Positions 1 through 9,052 of a DNA stretch of 56,562 bases are shown here, in pieces. The translations under genes were made by a program, and so were the position numbers. A model generated the notes under the pieces. That model saw only the letters and a list, made by a program, of their open reading frames with translations. It did no database searches and had not been told where the DNA came from. The DNA lies in IMG/VR virus record IMGVR_UViG_3300028802_000016, positions 1-56,562 of that record. One strand, written 5' to 3'. The first letter of the stretch is position 1; the number at the start of each line of letters is the position of its first letter. Source of the DNA: a virus (lineage: Duplodnaviria; Caudoviricetes).

Positions 1-10
1 GTTGCGCCAA

Positions 11-136
11 CTGTCGAAGAATCCCATCAGCTCTCCTCCTGGTTGTTTTCGATCTTGTACGTGAGCCGGTAGTCGGGTTGAAGATTCAATTCGTCGGCCC
101 AGCGGTAGCCGCCGTCCTCGGTCAGGTACCACCAGC
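11..136 (+). repeat. Terminal direct repeat, left copy (126 bp)
   Basis: 11-136 is identical to 56437-56562; the size is typical of an assembler k-mer overlap on a circular contig. Confidence 0.95.
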
Positions 137-446
137 CCTTGCCGTTGACGGTGTAGATGTAGGCCGGAACGTCGCGGGGGTCGACGCCTGCCCGGCGCTC
201 GATCACCCGGCCGAGCGTGATGCAGTTCGCGGCACCGACGTCGGTCAAGGTCTGGTCGTGGCAGGGGCGACACAGCATGAGGATGTTGCGGACGTCGTTG
301 GAGACGTTCGCTGCGGCGCCGTGTACGCCTCCTGAGCCGCGCGTCATGCGGTGGTGCGGGTCCAGACCCCCGAACGCGCCGCAGCCCTCGCACATCCCGT
401 ACGAGCGGGCCTGCGCGAGGGCTCTGGCGACCTCGAAGGTGGTCAT
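27..446 (-). CDS. HNH endonuclease-like protein
   Basis: CEGC...DPHHR...NILMLCRPCHD (CxxC/HH/N/CxxCH pattern); ATG at 446 overlaps the upstream stop (TGATG). Confidence 0.75.
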   Translation of the reverse strand: MTTFEVARALAQARSYGMCEGCGAFGGLDPHHRMTRGSGGVHGAAANVSNDVRNILMLCRPCHDQTLTDVGAANCITLGRVIERRAGVDPRDVPAYIYTVNGKGWWYLTEDGGYRWADELNLQPDYRLTYKIENNQEES

Positions 447-661
447 CAGTGCGGCTGTTCGTCGTCGGGCGTCGGCGGGGCCAGGATCTCGACGACCTCC
501 TTGAAGCCCTGCTTGCTGGGCGGGTAGCCCATGCCGTCGTCGCGGAACACGATGGCCAGCGGGTCGCGGCCTGCCTTTTTGATGAAGCGGCGGCGCTGCC
601 GGGGGGTCATGCGGCGTCCGGCCTGGCGGATGACGCGGGTTGCGGTGTCCATGCGGACCAT
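446..661 (-). CDS. Small basic hypothetical protein
   Basis: AGGGAG RBS and TGTATGCT promoter upstream; coupled to the HNH gene; the start could be 652. Confidence 0.55.
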   Translation of the reverse strand: MVRMDTATRVIRQAGRRMTPRQRRRFIKKAGRDPLAIVFRDDGMGYPPSKQGFKEVVEILAPPTPDDEQPH

Positions 662-701
662 CTCCCTCTGTGTATGTCCCCAGCATACACCACGGGGGTG
701 A

Positions 702-992
702 TCAGCAGGGGCAGTGCTTCGTCTTGCTGTGCTCAGGGTTCGGCCAGTGGCCGGTCGCCCGCTTCTCCAGATTGGCGCAGTGGCCATCCAGCTTGTCGCC
801 GTGGATGTACTTGCCGAGGTGGGTCTTGCAGCGGCAGAAGGCGCACGGCTCCGACCAGCGGATCTTCGCGGCGCCCTCGCCCTCGGTCCAATAGGTGTCC
901 AGCTTCGCCGCCCCCGCCGCCCCCTTAGGGGTGGTGGCGAAGGCGGCGGATACGGCATGGCCGAGGTCACGGGCGAGCTGCACGAGCTGCAT
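702..992 (-). CDS. Cys/His-rich small protein (YWTxGEGAAKIRW...C...LGKY...CANL...ATGxWP type)
   Basis: Resembles a module I recall from actinophage head-module proteins; TAATCT -10 lies 6 nt before the ATG (leaderless). Confidence 0.6.
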   Translation of the reverse strand: MQLVQLARDLGHAVSAAFATTPKGAAGAAKLDTYWTEGEGAAKIRWSEPCAFCRCKTHLGKYIHGDKLDGHCANLEKRATGHWPNPEHSKTKHCPC

Positions 993-1089
993 GCGAACAG
1001 ATTACGGCCAGTACCGCCCGGCGTATTCCACTGCCGTGAAAATGGCCGGGATGCAGGCCATCATCACGAGCAGCGCGGCCCCGCTCACT

Positions 1090-1563
1090 TCAGAGACCGG
1101 CCTGGTTGACGCCGTAGACGGCCTGCGTGTGAGAGAAGCCCTCGTATTCAAGCTGCTCGATCAGGCCCTTGCGGGAGAACGACTGCCCGTTCAGGTAGCT
1201 CTTGGCCGAGAGGGCAGCCTGCTTGTTCCAGTCGACGTGCAGGGAGGCCACAGCCGCCGTCGCAACGGTGGCCGGGTAGCCCTCGTACTTCAACTGTTCG
1301 ATCAGGCCCTTGCGGGAGAAGCTCTGACCGTCCAGGTAGCTCTCCGCCTGCTGGGTGGCGTTGCGCTGCTCGGTGCTGACTGCCTTGGTCGTCTGCGTGA
1401 CCTTCGGTGCGGCCTTCGACGCGGGGGGCGGGGTCACCGCGTCGACGCTGGCCGCCGGGGTGCTCGGGGTGTCCTGCGCCTCGTCGGCGGGGCTGCCGCC
1501 GCAGGCCAGCAGCATGAGGCCCAGCGCCAAGGCGCCGACCGTGGTTGCGATGCGAAACTTCAC
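1090..1563 (-). CDS. Ltp-family surface lipoprotein (superinfection-exclusion type)
   Basis: Lipobox LLAC, Pro/Ala/Thr linker, two repeats SYLxGQSFSRKGLIEQLxYEG. Confidence 0.85.
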   Translation of the reverse strand: MKFRIATTVGALALGLMLLACGGSPADEAQDTPSTPAASVDAVTPPPASKAAPKVTQTTKAVSTEQRNATQQAESYLDGQSFSRKGLIEQLKYEGYPATVATAAVASLHVDWNKQAALSAKSYLNGQSFSRKGLIEQLEYEGFSHTQAVYGVNQAGL

Positions 1564-1582
1564 GAAACTTCCTCCTCCTGGG

Positions 1583-1822
1583 TTAGGCGAATCTCGCCTT
1601 GATGGTGACGGGAAGCGTCACGACGTGGACGCCTTTGTCGTCTTGGATGTATCCGTGCAGCATTGCGGCGTGCTCGGATCCCGGCATCGCCAAGATCGAA
1701 AACGTCAGCAGGTCGCCGTTCATCTGCTTCAACTCGATCGACACCCGCAGGCCGGGCCGGGCCTGCGGCGCCGGGGTCCAGCGCCGTACGAAGCGGCGCC
1801 GGACCGACCGGCTGGGGGTCAC
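1583..1822 (-). CDS. Hypothetical protein
   Basis: GTGA overlap with the upstream gene, GGAGG RBS. Confidence 0.55.
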   Translation of the reverse strand: MTPSRSVRRRFVRRWTPAPQARPGLRVSIELKQMNGDLLTFSILAMPGSEHAAMLHGYIQDDKGVHVVTLPVTIKARFA

Positions 1823-2247
1823 GTCCTGTCCTCCCTCGCCACACCCGGCGCGGGGAATTCGGAGATGCCGAGTTCGCGGGCGGCGTCGTTGACCATGTTG
1901 CGGATGTCCTCGGGGGCGAACTGGCGCCAGCACTCCTCGCCCCGGTTCTCACCCCAATGATCCGATGCCTCGTGGTTGGACTGAGCGCCCTCGATCCAGT
2001 TGTCCAGGACGATCAGCATGTTGTAGAGCGCCGCGCTCTTGGCCACCGCGTCCGGGCTGGCCCTAACCTTGGGCGGCGTCTTGATCATCGCCTTGGGCAC
2101 CTCGGCGAGGATGCCGGGCAGCAGTGCCTCGATCTGCTCAGCGCTTCGATTCCACGCGGCGTAGATCGGCTTCTCGTTGGCGCCGTCCTGCCGGGTGACC
2201 CAGAGGTCCCAGCGGCCGTCCGCGTCCTCGGTGATCTTGATGTTCAC
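1819..2247 (-). CDS. Hypothetical protein
   Basis: GTGA overlap with the upstream gene, GGAG RBS, GC3-biased codons. Confidence 0.65.
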   Translation of the reverse strand: MNIKITEDADGRWDLWVTRQDGANEKPIYAAWNRSAEQIEALLPGILAEVPKAMIKTPPKVRASPDAVAKSAALYNMLIVLDNWIEGAQSNHEASDHWGENRGEECWRQFAPEDIRNMVNDAARELGISEFPAPGVAREDRT

Positions 2248-2639
2248 AGCAGGGACTCCCATTCGCACGGCCCCATCGTCCGGAAGCCCCGATCGGTTGC
2301 GTAGACCTGCACGCGCTTCGACGACCCGCGCGTGATCTCACCCTCTTGCAGGACCGCTGTGGCTGCCCCGGTGAAGTTCTTCAGCCGCTGCCAGGTGCAC
2401 GAGCGGTCGCCGACGGCGTAGACGTTGTAGAGGCCCGGGGCAACCTGGCCGGGTACGCGCCAGGCGGCCTGTCCGGAGTACATGACGGCCGGGCCCTGGG
2501 GGGCCGGGGTGAGCGCGGGCACAAACTCGGCGCGGGCGGGCTCCAGCACGCGGAAGAGACCGGCCGTGAGCAACATGCCCACGGCCAGGACCACGGCCGT
2601 GATGACCGCAGCGGACCGGGTGGTGATGGTGCGGCTCAC
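2244..2639 (-). CDS. Membrane-anchored or secreted protein
   Basis: N-terminal hydrophobic helix; PGLY...CTWQRL...C small beta-type domain. Confidence 0.65.
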   Translation of the reverse strand: MSRTITTRSAAVITAVVLAVGMLLTAGLFRVLEPARAEFVPALTPAPQGPAVMYSGQAAWRVPGQVAPGLYNVYAVGDRSCTWQRLKNFTGAATAVLQEGEITRGSSKRVQVYATDRGFRTMGPCEWESLL

Positions 2640-3226
2640 TCGTATGCCCCGTTCTCCAGCCGGTCCGCAAACTCCGGGTCGTACTGCGGGGCAGGCTTCG
2701 GCCCCTCCAGCGTCGCGGCGAACCCGGCGGCCAGCCGCGCCATCCGCTCGGTGCCCTCCTTCGTGGAGGTGACCGACACGAACGGCTGGCCCTGCTCGAC
2801 GCGGATGAACGGCAGCACCTCGCCGGTCTTCGGGTCGACACCCTCGGACCCGGCGGGGGCGTCGTCGGCCTTGGCGAGGTCAAGGAGCATTTTCAGATAG
2901 GCCGGGCGGATCACCTCGACGGTCACGACCTCGGACGGGTGGGCACGCCTGCACCAGGCCAGCGCTGCCGCCTCGTCGATGAGCTTCGCGGTCCGGCGTC
3001 CCTGGGAGTAGCCGATGGCGCCCAGCTTGGTTCCGTCGGGCAGCTTCGCACCGACGCGCTCTTCATCGTTCGCGCCCATCTCCCCGGTTACCTGGACGCG
3101 CAGCCCGTCGGCGATCGACTTGATGAACTTGATGTAGGTCTCCAGGGCGACGAGCTGCTGCTTGCTGGTCAGCTCCCGCCCCGGGGGGCCGTCGCCCTGG
3201 ACGGCCCCCGTGGTCTGGTCGGTCAT
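2636..3226 (-). CDS. Recombination-module protein, possibly Gam/Gp157-like
   Basis: ATGA-coupled; N-terminal helix and DPKTGEVLPFI motif; close to the ERF gene. Confidence 0.5.
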   Translation of the reverse strand: MTDQTTGAVQGDGPPGRELTSKQQLVALETYIKFIKSIADGLRVQVTGEMGANDEERVGAKLPDGTKLGAIGYSQGRRTAKLIDEAAALAWCRRAHPSEVVTVEVIRPAYLKMLLDLAKADDAPAGSEGVDPKTGEVLPFIRVEQGQPFVSVTSTKEGTERMARLAAGFAATLEGPKPAPQYDPEFADRLENGAYE

Positions 3227-3453
3227 GCAGTCTTCCCCTCTTGCTTGCATTTCTCGCAGGTCTCGCACTGCCGCAGGATGCGCCGGATCAGCGCTCTGGC
3301 GTTCTGGTCGCCCCGGCCCCCATGCCTGGAGCCGGAGGAGGACATCTGGTGGTGCCCGCACGGGCACTGCCAGATCTTGTGCTTCCTCTTTCTGGTCAGC
3401 GTGAACTTCGCGGCGTCGAACACCAGATCCAGCGCGACGAGGTTGTTCATCAA
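3223..3453 (-). CDS. Small basic protein, HicA-like fold suspected
   Basis: FTLTRKRKHKIW...S..GRGDQNARALIRR resembles phage HicA-like proteins. Confidence 0.45.
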   Translation of the reverse strand: MMNNLVALDLVFDAAKFTLTRKRKHKIWQCPCGHHQMSSSGSRHGGRGDQNARALIRRILRQCETCEKCKQEGKTA

Positions 3454-4325
3454 TCGCCGGTCCCGGACATGGCGGGCACCGCCGTACCGTCGTCGCCGCT
3501 GGCGGCCGGCTGCTGGAGCAGGTCGCGGGCCATGGCCAGCTCCTCGTCCAGGGTGGTCGCCTCGGACACCTGGACCTTCAGCAGGCCCCGGTCGGTGGCC
3601 CAGGCGCGCAGGTCGGCAATCTCGGCCAGGGTGACGCCGGGCTGCGCGGCGATGTCGGCCATCCGGTAGGCCAGCACATCCGACGCGCTGATCATCGCGT
3701 CAATGACGGGGTCCGGGTGGGCGATCTGCCGGTTGTGCAGGTTCTTGCTGGCCATCCAGTCGTAGCCGTTGACGGCCTGGCCGATCGGCAGCGTCTCGAT
3801 CCGGGTGTGCAACCCCTGGATCTCCTCGTCGGTCCAGGTCGTCTTCTCCGGCCTCGGCTCGGCGGCCTGCTCACGCTGCGGCCGGGCGCTGTCCCAGCTC
3901 TCGCGGTTCGACGCCTTGGCGCCGTCGTCATCCTCCCCGCTGGGGAAGGTGTTGGTGACGGCCAGCAGGGCGTACCGGCGCCAGTAGGTGATCCAGGAGC
4001 CCATCTCCTGCGGCTTGACCCGGGTGGGATCAGGCAGCGGCCAGAAGCCGTCCTCACTCTCGCCGCCCTCGTGCTTCAGGGCGTAGACGAGGCCGAAGCC
4101 GTCGGGGGTCATGGTCGGCTTCGAGATGAACGCGAGGCCGTGCTTGCCGAGGAGTGGGTTGACGGCCTCCGCGACGGTGGCGAGGTCGGCGTACCCGTAG
4201 GTGTAGCTGATCTTGCTGCCGTCCTTGCTCTCGCCGGTCACCTTGGCCGTGGCGTCTTTGACGACCTTTACGGATTCGGTGTGGAACGCGGCGAGTGCCG
4301 CGACCAGGCTCGTGTGCTCTGTCAT
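3450..4325 (-). CDS. ERF-family single-strand annealing recombinase
   Basis: YGYADL...VNPLLGKHGL...PQEMGSWITYWRRYALLA...DDDG signature. Confidence 0.9.
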   Translation of the reverse strand: MTEHTSLVAALAAFHTESVKVVKDATAKVTGESKDGSKISYTYGYADLATVAEAVNPLLGKHGLAFISKPTMTPDGFGLVYALKHEGGESEDGFWPLPDPTRVKPQEMGSWITYWRRYALLAVTNTFPSGEDDDGAKASNRESWDSARPQREQAAEPRPEKTTWTDEEIQGLHTRIETLPIGQAVNGYDWMASKNLHNRQIAHPDPVIDAMISASDVLAYRMADIAAQPGVTLAEIADLRAWATDRGLLKVQVSEATTLDEELAMARDLLQQPAASGDDGTAVPAMSGTGD

Positions 4326-4381
4326 GCGCGTACCCTCCTAGTGGACTGTCTGCGCACAGCATACACGAGGGACGCCAGTGG

Positions 4382-5002
4382 TCAAGCAGGGGCCACCCAG
4401 GCGCTGTAGGCGTGCTCGGACTCCGGGTATCCGCAGACGTTCGCCGGGTCAAGCCCCTTCAAGATCACCTGGCACGGCACCCCCTTGCGGTCGGCGTCGT
4501 ACCGGTGGCCGACGATGCTTGCCGTGGGGTCCGGCCGGTAGTGCGGGTTCGGCTGCGCCTCCTGCTGACGCCGATACGCGGCGTGCTCCCGCTCCCATGC
4601 CACCGTGCGCGGCATCAGCGCCTCCCTGGAGCCCTCGGGCAGCGAGACCCCCATCGACCTCAGCAGCTCCCGCACCGGACGCGTCAGGAGCCTCTCGACG
4701 ACCGGTCCGGAGATCTCCGGCATCGCCTGATCCTTCGGCACACCGGCCTGTCCCGGCGCCCAGCCGGTCGATCGGGCGGCCCGCTCCCTCTCCTGCTGCA
4801 TCCGCTCGGTCGCCCGCCGGACGTGCGCGGGCATCATCCACTCGGTGTTGTCGGCGTACCACTCCCGGACGGCCAGGAGACCATCGTCGAAGTCGATGTC
4901 GGCCAGGACCGACTGCCACGCGGCAACGTCCATGTCGCCGACGGTGCGCCGGTCGAACGCCGCCATCGCGCCCAGCAGCTTCGCGGTCTGGGAAAGATTC
5001 AC
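4382..5002 (-). CDS. Helicase loader/inhibitor-like protein (G39P N-terminal-like)
   Basis: AAFDRRTV...AAWQSVL...AVREWY...WMMPAHV; directly downstream of the replication initiator. Confidence 0.6.
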   Translation of the reverse strand: MNLSQTAKLLGAMAAFDRRTVGDMDVAAWQSVLADIDFDDGLLAVREWYADNTEWMMPAHVRRATERMQQERERAARSTGWAPGQAGVPKDQAMPEISGPVVERLLTRPVRELLRSMGVSLPEGSREALMPRTVAWEREHAAYRRQQEAQPNPHYRPDPTASIVGHRYDADRKGVPCQVILKGLDPANVCGYPESEHAYSAWVAPA

Positions 5003-5814
5003 AGTCCCTGCTCCTCGTATTTAGCGGCCAGGCTCAGCGCCTGGCCGACCCGCTGATCGGTCGTGCTCGGCCGGTACGTGCCGCCGCCGGGCGTTGCCCA
5101 GTCGTGCGCAGACCGGTCCAGGGCGGTCCCCGGGCGACGCTGCCCCCGTTCGGCGGCCGTACGCATCCAGCGACGCCACGTCGCGGGCCAGTCCAGCTTG
5201 CGGGCGCGAGCCCCGGCCTCCGCTCGCCAGTAGTCCATGAACTTCTCGTGCTCAACAGCGCCGTCGATCACCGCACCGAGGTTGTTGTCCCGGAACCATT
5301 CCCGCATCTTCTCGTCGGGCCTGAAGTCGTCGGGGATCCTCGTTGCCCGCGTGGCCTGCGAAGCGGCCGGGATAGAAGCTGGTGGTTCAAGAAGTGATGG
5401 TTCCTTAATAGGAATATCCGCCAGCTCCTGGCGGGCGGAAGCGCTGGCTCCTGGCGCATCTACCGCTGGCTCCTGGCGCTTGCCTTCCGCTGGGATCTGG
5501 CGGTAGCTGGCCCAGTCGTCGGCGTCCGGTTCCATCGTGCCGGGGCCGTCGATCAGAAGCTGGTACCGGCAGGAGCGGCGCAGCCCACTGGTCTTGTGCC
5601 GGTAGAAGACGCGGATCAGGCCCAGCTCGGCGAGCAGCTTCGTGGCGGCCCGTACCGTGCTCTCGCCCATCTCGGCGACCTCGGCCAGCTTCCCCACCGA
5701 CGGGTAGCAGGAGTAGTCCGTACCGGCGTAGTCGGCGAGCAGCAGCAGGATGAACTTGGCGGGGATCGAGCCGGTCTTCTGGGTCTTGGCCCAGGCGGTG
5801 GCGTCGTGAGACAA
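4999..5814 (-). CDS. Replication initiator (N-terminal wHTH, DWxATWRxW C-terminus)
   Basis: KFILLLLADYA...CYPSVGKLAEVAEMGESTV...LAELGLI; C-terminal KFMDYW...LDWPATWRRW; TTG start with GAAAGAGG RBS. Confidence 0.8.
   Translation of the reverse strand: MSHDATAWAKTQKTGSIPAKFILLLLADYAGTDYSCYPSVGKLAEVAEMGESTVRAATKLLAELGLIRVFYRHKTSGLRRSCRYQLLIDGPGTMEPDADDWASYRQIPAEGKRQEPAVDAPGASASARQELADIPIKEPSLLEPPASIPAASQATRATRIPDDFRPDEKMREWFRDNNLGAVIDGAVEHEKFMDYWRAEAGARARKLDWPATWRRWMRTAAERGQRRPGTALDRSAHDWATPGGGTYRPSTTDQRVGQALSLAAKYEEQGL
5384..5502. other. Putative replication origin (4 iterons and an AT-rich patch) inside the initiator gene
   Basis: GCTCCTGGCG at 5424, 5447, 5469 and a variant at 5493 (22-24 bp spacing), beside AT-rich TTCCTTAATAGGAATAT. 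Confidence 0.65.
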
Positions 5815-5962
5815 GGTGCCTCTTTCAGATAGGGCACCCTGACGAGTTGTCCCGGCTGTATGCGCTCGGTAGACTCGTGGGTGCCTCTTACAAAGTGAAT
5901 GATCTGGCAGTGCTTCAACGCCTCGGACTTGCCGGTCCGGGGCGTTGCCTATTGTGCACCCG

Positions 5963-6310
5963 TCAGGCGGCGGGCGACAGTTCCTCGGCCGGTACGTCGT
6001 CGTACCAGACCCGGCGCGTGGGGACGGCGAACTTCTCCTTGATCGTGCTGGCGTACCAGAGCGGTTCGGCGATGTCCGGGAAGTCGACCGGCGGCAGGTG
6101 GCCGCGCTGCTTCCACTGCTGCGGCGTGAACCGTTCAACCCGCATGTGCGCGGCGATGCCCGCCAGGTCGACGACGAGGCGGGTCCGCTCGACTTCCTTG
6201 GCGTTCGCGTCGGGGCCCGCCTGGATCGTGGCGCGCAGCCGCTCGACCTCACCGGCCAGCTCGTCGGCCCGCTTGATCGCCTCCTGATAGAGCGTCTTGT
6301 AACTGGTCAT
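5963..6310 (-). CDS. Coiled-coil plus excisionase/AlpA-like HTH DNA-binding protein
   Basis: VDLAGIAAHMRV...TPQQWKQRGHLPP...PLWY; has its own TGTATGCT promoter. Confidence 0.6.
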   Translation of the reverse strand: MTSYKTLYQEAIKRADELAGEVERLRATIQAGPDANAKEVERTRLVVDLAGIAAHMRVERFTPQQWKQRGHLPPVDFPDIAEPLWYASTIKEKFAVPTRRVWYDDVPAEELSPAA

Positions 6311-6474
6311 ATTCGTCCTCGTGGATGCCGGGGGGTTGCGTCAGCCATGAGCATACAGGACCTGCCCTGCCGGGGCGAGAGGAGTCGATCTCGACGACCC
6401 CCTTTGTACGGCCGGGGTTGACAGAGGGGATCACGTAGCGCACGATAGCCCCGTCAACCCAAGGAGGACCCGAA

Positions 6475-6813
6475 ATGTTGAGCCCACTTGCCTTCCCCGC
6501 ACTCGGCGCCGCCGCCGTCCTGGCCGTCCTCGCCGTCCTCGCCTTCATCGGCGTGACGCTGCTGCGCCCGGATGCCCCCGAGGGCTGGCCGAAGATCAAG
6601 GCCCCCAAGCTCGGTGGCCGCCACGAGCTGGCCACCGTCCCCGAACCCCGCCGCCCCCGCAACTGGGACGCCGTCCTGGCCGAGGCGTACGTGACCCTTC
6701 CGCTGCCCGAGATCACCGAGGAGCCGGAGCCGATCGACGAGCTGGACCCCCGCTGGGACTGGCGCGCCTACGCCGACACCCAGGAAGAGACCCACGAGCT
6801 GGTGGCCGCCTGA
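6475..6813 (+). CDS. Membrane-anchored hypothetical protein
   Basis: AAGGAGG RBS, N-terminal TM helix; first gene of the rightward operon; TTGACA at 6418. Confidence 0.7.
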   Translation: MLSPLAFPALGAAAVLAVLAVLAFIGVTLLRPDAPEGWPKIKAPKLGGRHELATVPEPRRPRNWDAVLAEAYVTLPLPEITEEPEPIDELDPRWDWRAYADTQEETHELVAA

Positions 6814-7703
6814 TGGCCGCCTCCCCGATCGAGCAGGAAGTGTGGATCGAGACGATCCGCACTCCCCATGTCCGGGAGAGGAGTGGCGTCCTGCGGTCCC
6901 TCGCCGACAGCATCGAGAAGAACGGCCTGCGCCACCCCGTCGCCGTCTGGGACGACGGCACCCTCCTCTCCGGCGGCCGACGGCTGCGGGCCCACTTCCT
7001 GCTCGGCAAGCCCACCATCCGCGCCGTCTTCGTCAACACCATCGAGGATGCCGCCAAGCGGCTGCTGTGCGACAACCAGGACGATTTCGAGTCCGTCCCG
7101 ATGCGCGCCTCGGAGATGTGCCGCCTGTGGGAGCTGCTGCGCCGCCTGGACGCCCCCGCCGCCGCCCTGCGCCGCCGCGAAGCCCAGCGACGCGGTATCG
7201 CCCTGCGCCGCGAGACGCAGGCCGGAAAGCGCAGACCCGGCCGGTCGTCGAGCCGCAGCGATGACTACGTTCTCGGCGTCATCTGTGAGCCGTTCGCCAT
7301 GTCCAGCGCCACGGCCCGCCGGTACGAGGTCATCTACCAGCACGCCACCGGCGTCTCCATGGTCGGCGACGACAAGCACGAGCTGGCCGTCAAGCTGCTC
7401 GCCGAGCTGGACGAGGGCAGCCCCGTGTGGCCCGCCTATCAGCAGTTGCTCGGTGTACGCCCGGCGCTGGTCTCCCGGCCGAAGGCGGTAGTCCCGGTCG
7501 AGCCCGCCGCCGCCGCCAAGCAGCGCGCGGCCTGGGACCGGGGGCTTCCCCAGCTGGAAGGTCTCATCGCGGGTCTCGCCGAGCTGGGCCCGCCCCACCC
7601 TGACCTGACCTGGAACGAGGTCGGTCCCGTGCATGCCCAGCTCACGAACGTACGCCGCGAGCTGGAAAAGATGATCAAGAAGATGAAGGAGATCAGCAAG
7701 TGA
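6813..7703 (+). CDS. ParB/Srx N-terminal domain protein
   Basis: LADSIEKNGLRHPVAV...LLSGGRRLRA (ParB GxRR box). Confidence 0.8.
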   Translation: MAASPIEQEVWIETIRTPHVRERSGVLRSLADSIEKNGLRHPVAVWDDGTLLSGGRRLRAHFLLGKPTIRAVFVNTIEDAAKRLLCDNQDDFESVPMRASEMCRLWELLRRLDAPAAALRRREAQRRGIALRRETQAGKRRPGRSSSRSDDYVLGVICEPFAMSSATARRYEVIYQHATGVSMVGDDKHELAVKLLAELDEGSPVWPAYQQLLGVRPALVSRPKAVVPVEPAAAAKQRAAWDRGLPQLEGLIAGLAELGPPHPDLTWNEVGPVHAQLTNVRRELEKMIKKMKEISK

Positions 7704-8494
7704 CCGCATCCCGGCAGATCGAACCCCGCGTCACCTACGAGATGGTCGAAGTCAAGGTCGGCGACCTCTGGGTGGACCCGAACGTCCAGCGCAGCCTCAA
7801 GAAGGCCCGGGTCGGCAGGATGGCCGTCGAGTTCAACGCCGACGCGCTCGGGGTGCTCACCACCTCGTTCCGCTCGCCGCGCCGCATCCACGTCATCGAC
7901 GGCCAGCACCGCTACCGCGCCGCCGAGGCCGCCGCCTACAGCGGCAAGATCCAGACGATGCAGTACCGGGGGCTGACCGTCCCCGAGGAAGCCGCCCTGT
8001 TCCGCCTGCTCAACACGACCGAGAAGGTCACGCGTGTCGACCAGTTCCTGGTCTCCTGCGTCGAGCAGAACCCCGACGCCGTGCACCTGGCCGCCATCGT
8101 CGCCGAGTACGGCTGGGAGGTCTCCCCCAACACCGCCGAAGGCCGACTGACCGCCATCGGCAGCATGGAACGCGTGTACGCCATGGACCCCAACGCGGCC
8201 AAGGCCACCCTGCACGTGCTCACCAAGGCGTACGGCCGCCGCCCCGCCGCCGTCCAGGGCGCGCTGCTGGTCGGACTCGGCCGGATGTTCACCAAGTACG
8301 GCATCGACGCCATCGACCTGGAAGACCTGTCGCAGCGCCTCGCGAAGATCCCCGGCGGCCCCGACGCCCTGATCGGCAACGCCCGGGGCCAGAAGCTGAC
8401 CCGCACCGGCGACCTCTCCACGCAGGTCGCCCGGATCGTCGTGGACCTCTACAACCAGCGCCGCCGGACCACCGCGCTGCCCCGCTGGGAATGA
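7700..8494 (+). CDS. Second ParB-like protein (DGQHR type)
   Basis: VDPNVQR...IHVIDGQHRYRAA...EEAALFRLLN. Confidence 0.8.
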   Translation: MTASRQIEPRVTYEMVEVKVGDLWVDPNVQRSLKKARVGRMAVEFNADALGVLTTSFRSPRRIHVIDGQHRYRAAEAAAYSGKIQTMQYRGLTVPEEAALFRLLNTTEKVTRVDQFLVSCVEQNPDAVHLAAIVAEYGWEVSPNTAEGRLTAIGSMERVYAMDPNAAKATLHVLTKAYGRRPAAVQGALLVGLGRMFTKYGIDAIDLEDLSQRLAKIPGGPDALIGNARGQKLTRTGDLSTQVARIVVDLYNQRRRTTALPRWE

Positions 8495-8832
8495 CCGCCC
8501 GTCGCCGCCGCCGCCCCACGCCGCCCCCGCAGCCGCTGCCCTCGCAGCGGCCGGGGGCGGCCCCCACCGGCGTGTGGCTCGACCGGGGCGGCCAGGCCCA
8601 GAAGACCGGCGTCGTCTGGCTCAAGCGGCCGATGCCGAACGGTCAGTGGCCGCCGGACCAGCGGGCGCCCCGCGACGACTCGTTCTCCTGGCTGGTCCGC
8701 TCGCACTGCGGGCACGAGGGCGGGGGAAGGCTGTGGGCGTTCTACGACGAGAAGTACGCCGACCAGTATGGGGACATCTTCCGGGAGAACCCCTGCTTCT
8801 ACACCCGCTGCCAAGATCGGAAACGACGCTAG
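8491..8832 (+). CDS. Hypothetical protein
   Basis: ATGA-coupled to the ParB-like gene. Confidence 0.6.
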   Translation: MTARRRRRPTPPPQPLPSQRPGAAPTGVWLDRGGQAQKTGVVWLKRPMPNGQWPPDQRAPRDDSFSWLVRSHCGHEGGGRLWAFYDEKYADQYGDIFRENPCFYTRCQDRKRR

Positions 8833-8842
8833 GGGGTACGTC

Positions 8843-9052
8843 ATGAATGCAGCGAGAGCCCGCCGACGCTGGCTGGCATGGTGCCGGTACGTGAACGCGA
8901 CACAGACGCAGGCGAACCGCTCCCGGGGATGGGGCACCGACATCCACGCCGGGCAGGCCAAGGCGTATCAGGACTACACGTTTGCCGGACGCGCTGCCCC
9001 GCGCGGAGCCCGCCTCGTCTACTACCCGAGATGGGGTCACACCCGTGGCTAG
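8843..9052 (+). CDS. Hypothetical protein
   Basis: AGGGGG RBS, operon position. Confidence 0.5.
   Translation: MNAARARRRWLAWCRYVNATQTQANRSRGWGTDIHAGQAKAYQDYTFAGRAAPRGARLVYYPRWGHTRG

Noticed and set aside
1-136. Biological terminal repeat or att site
   Set aside because: 126 bp matches a typical assembly overlap and cuts through a gene; the first 10 unmatched bases are probably an assembly tip. Reads are needed to decide.
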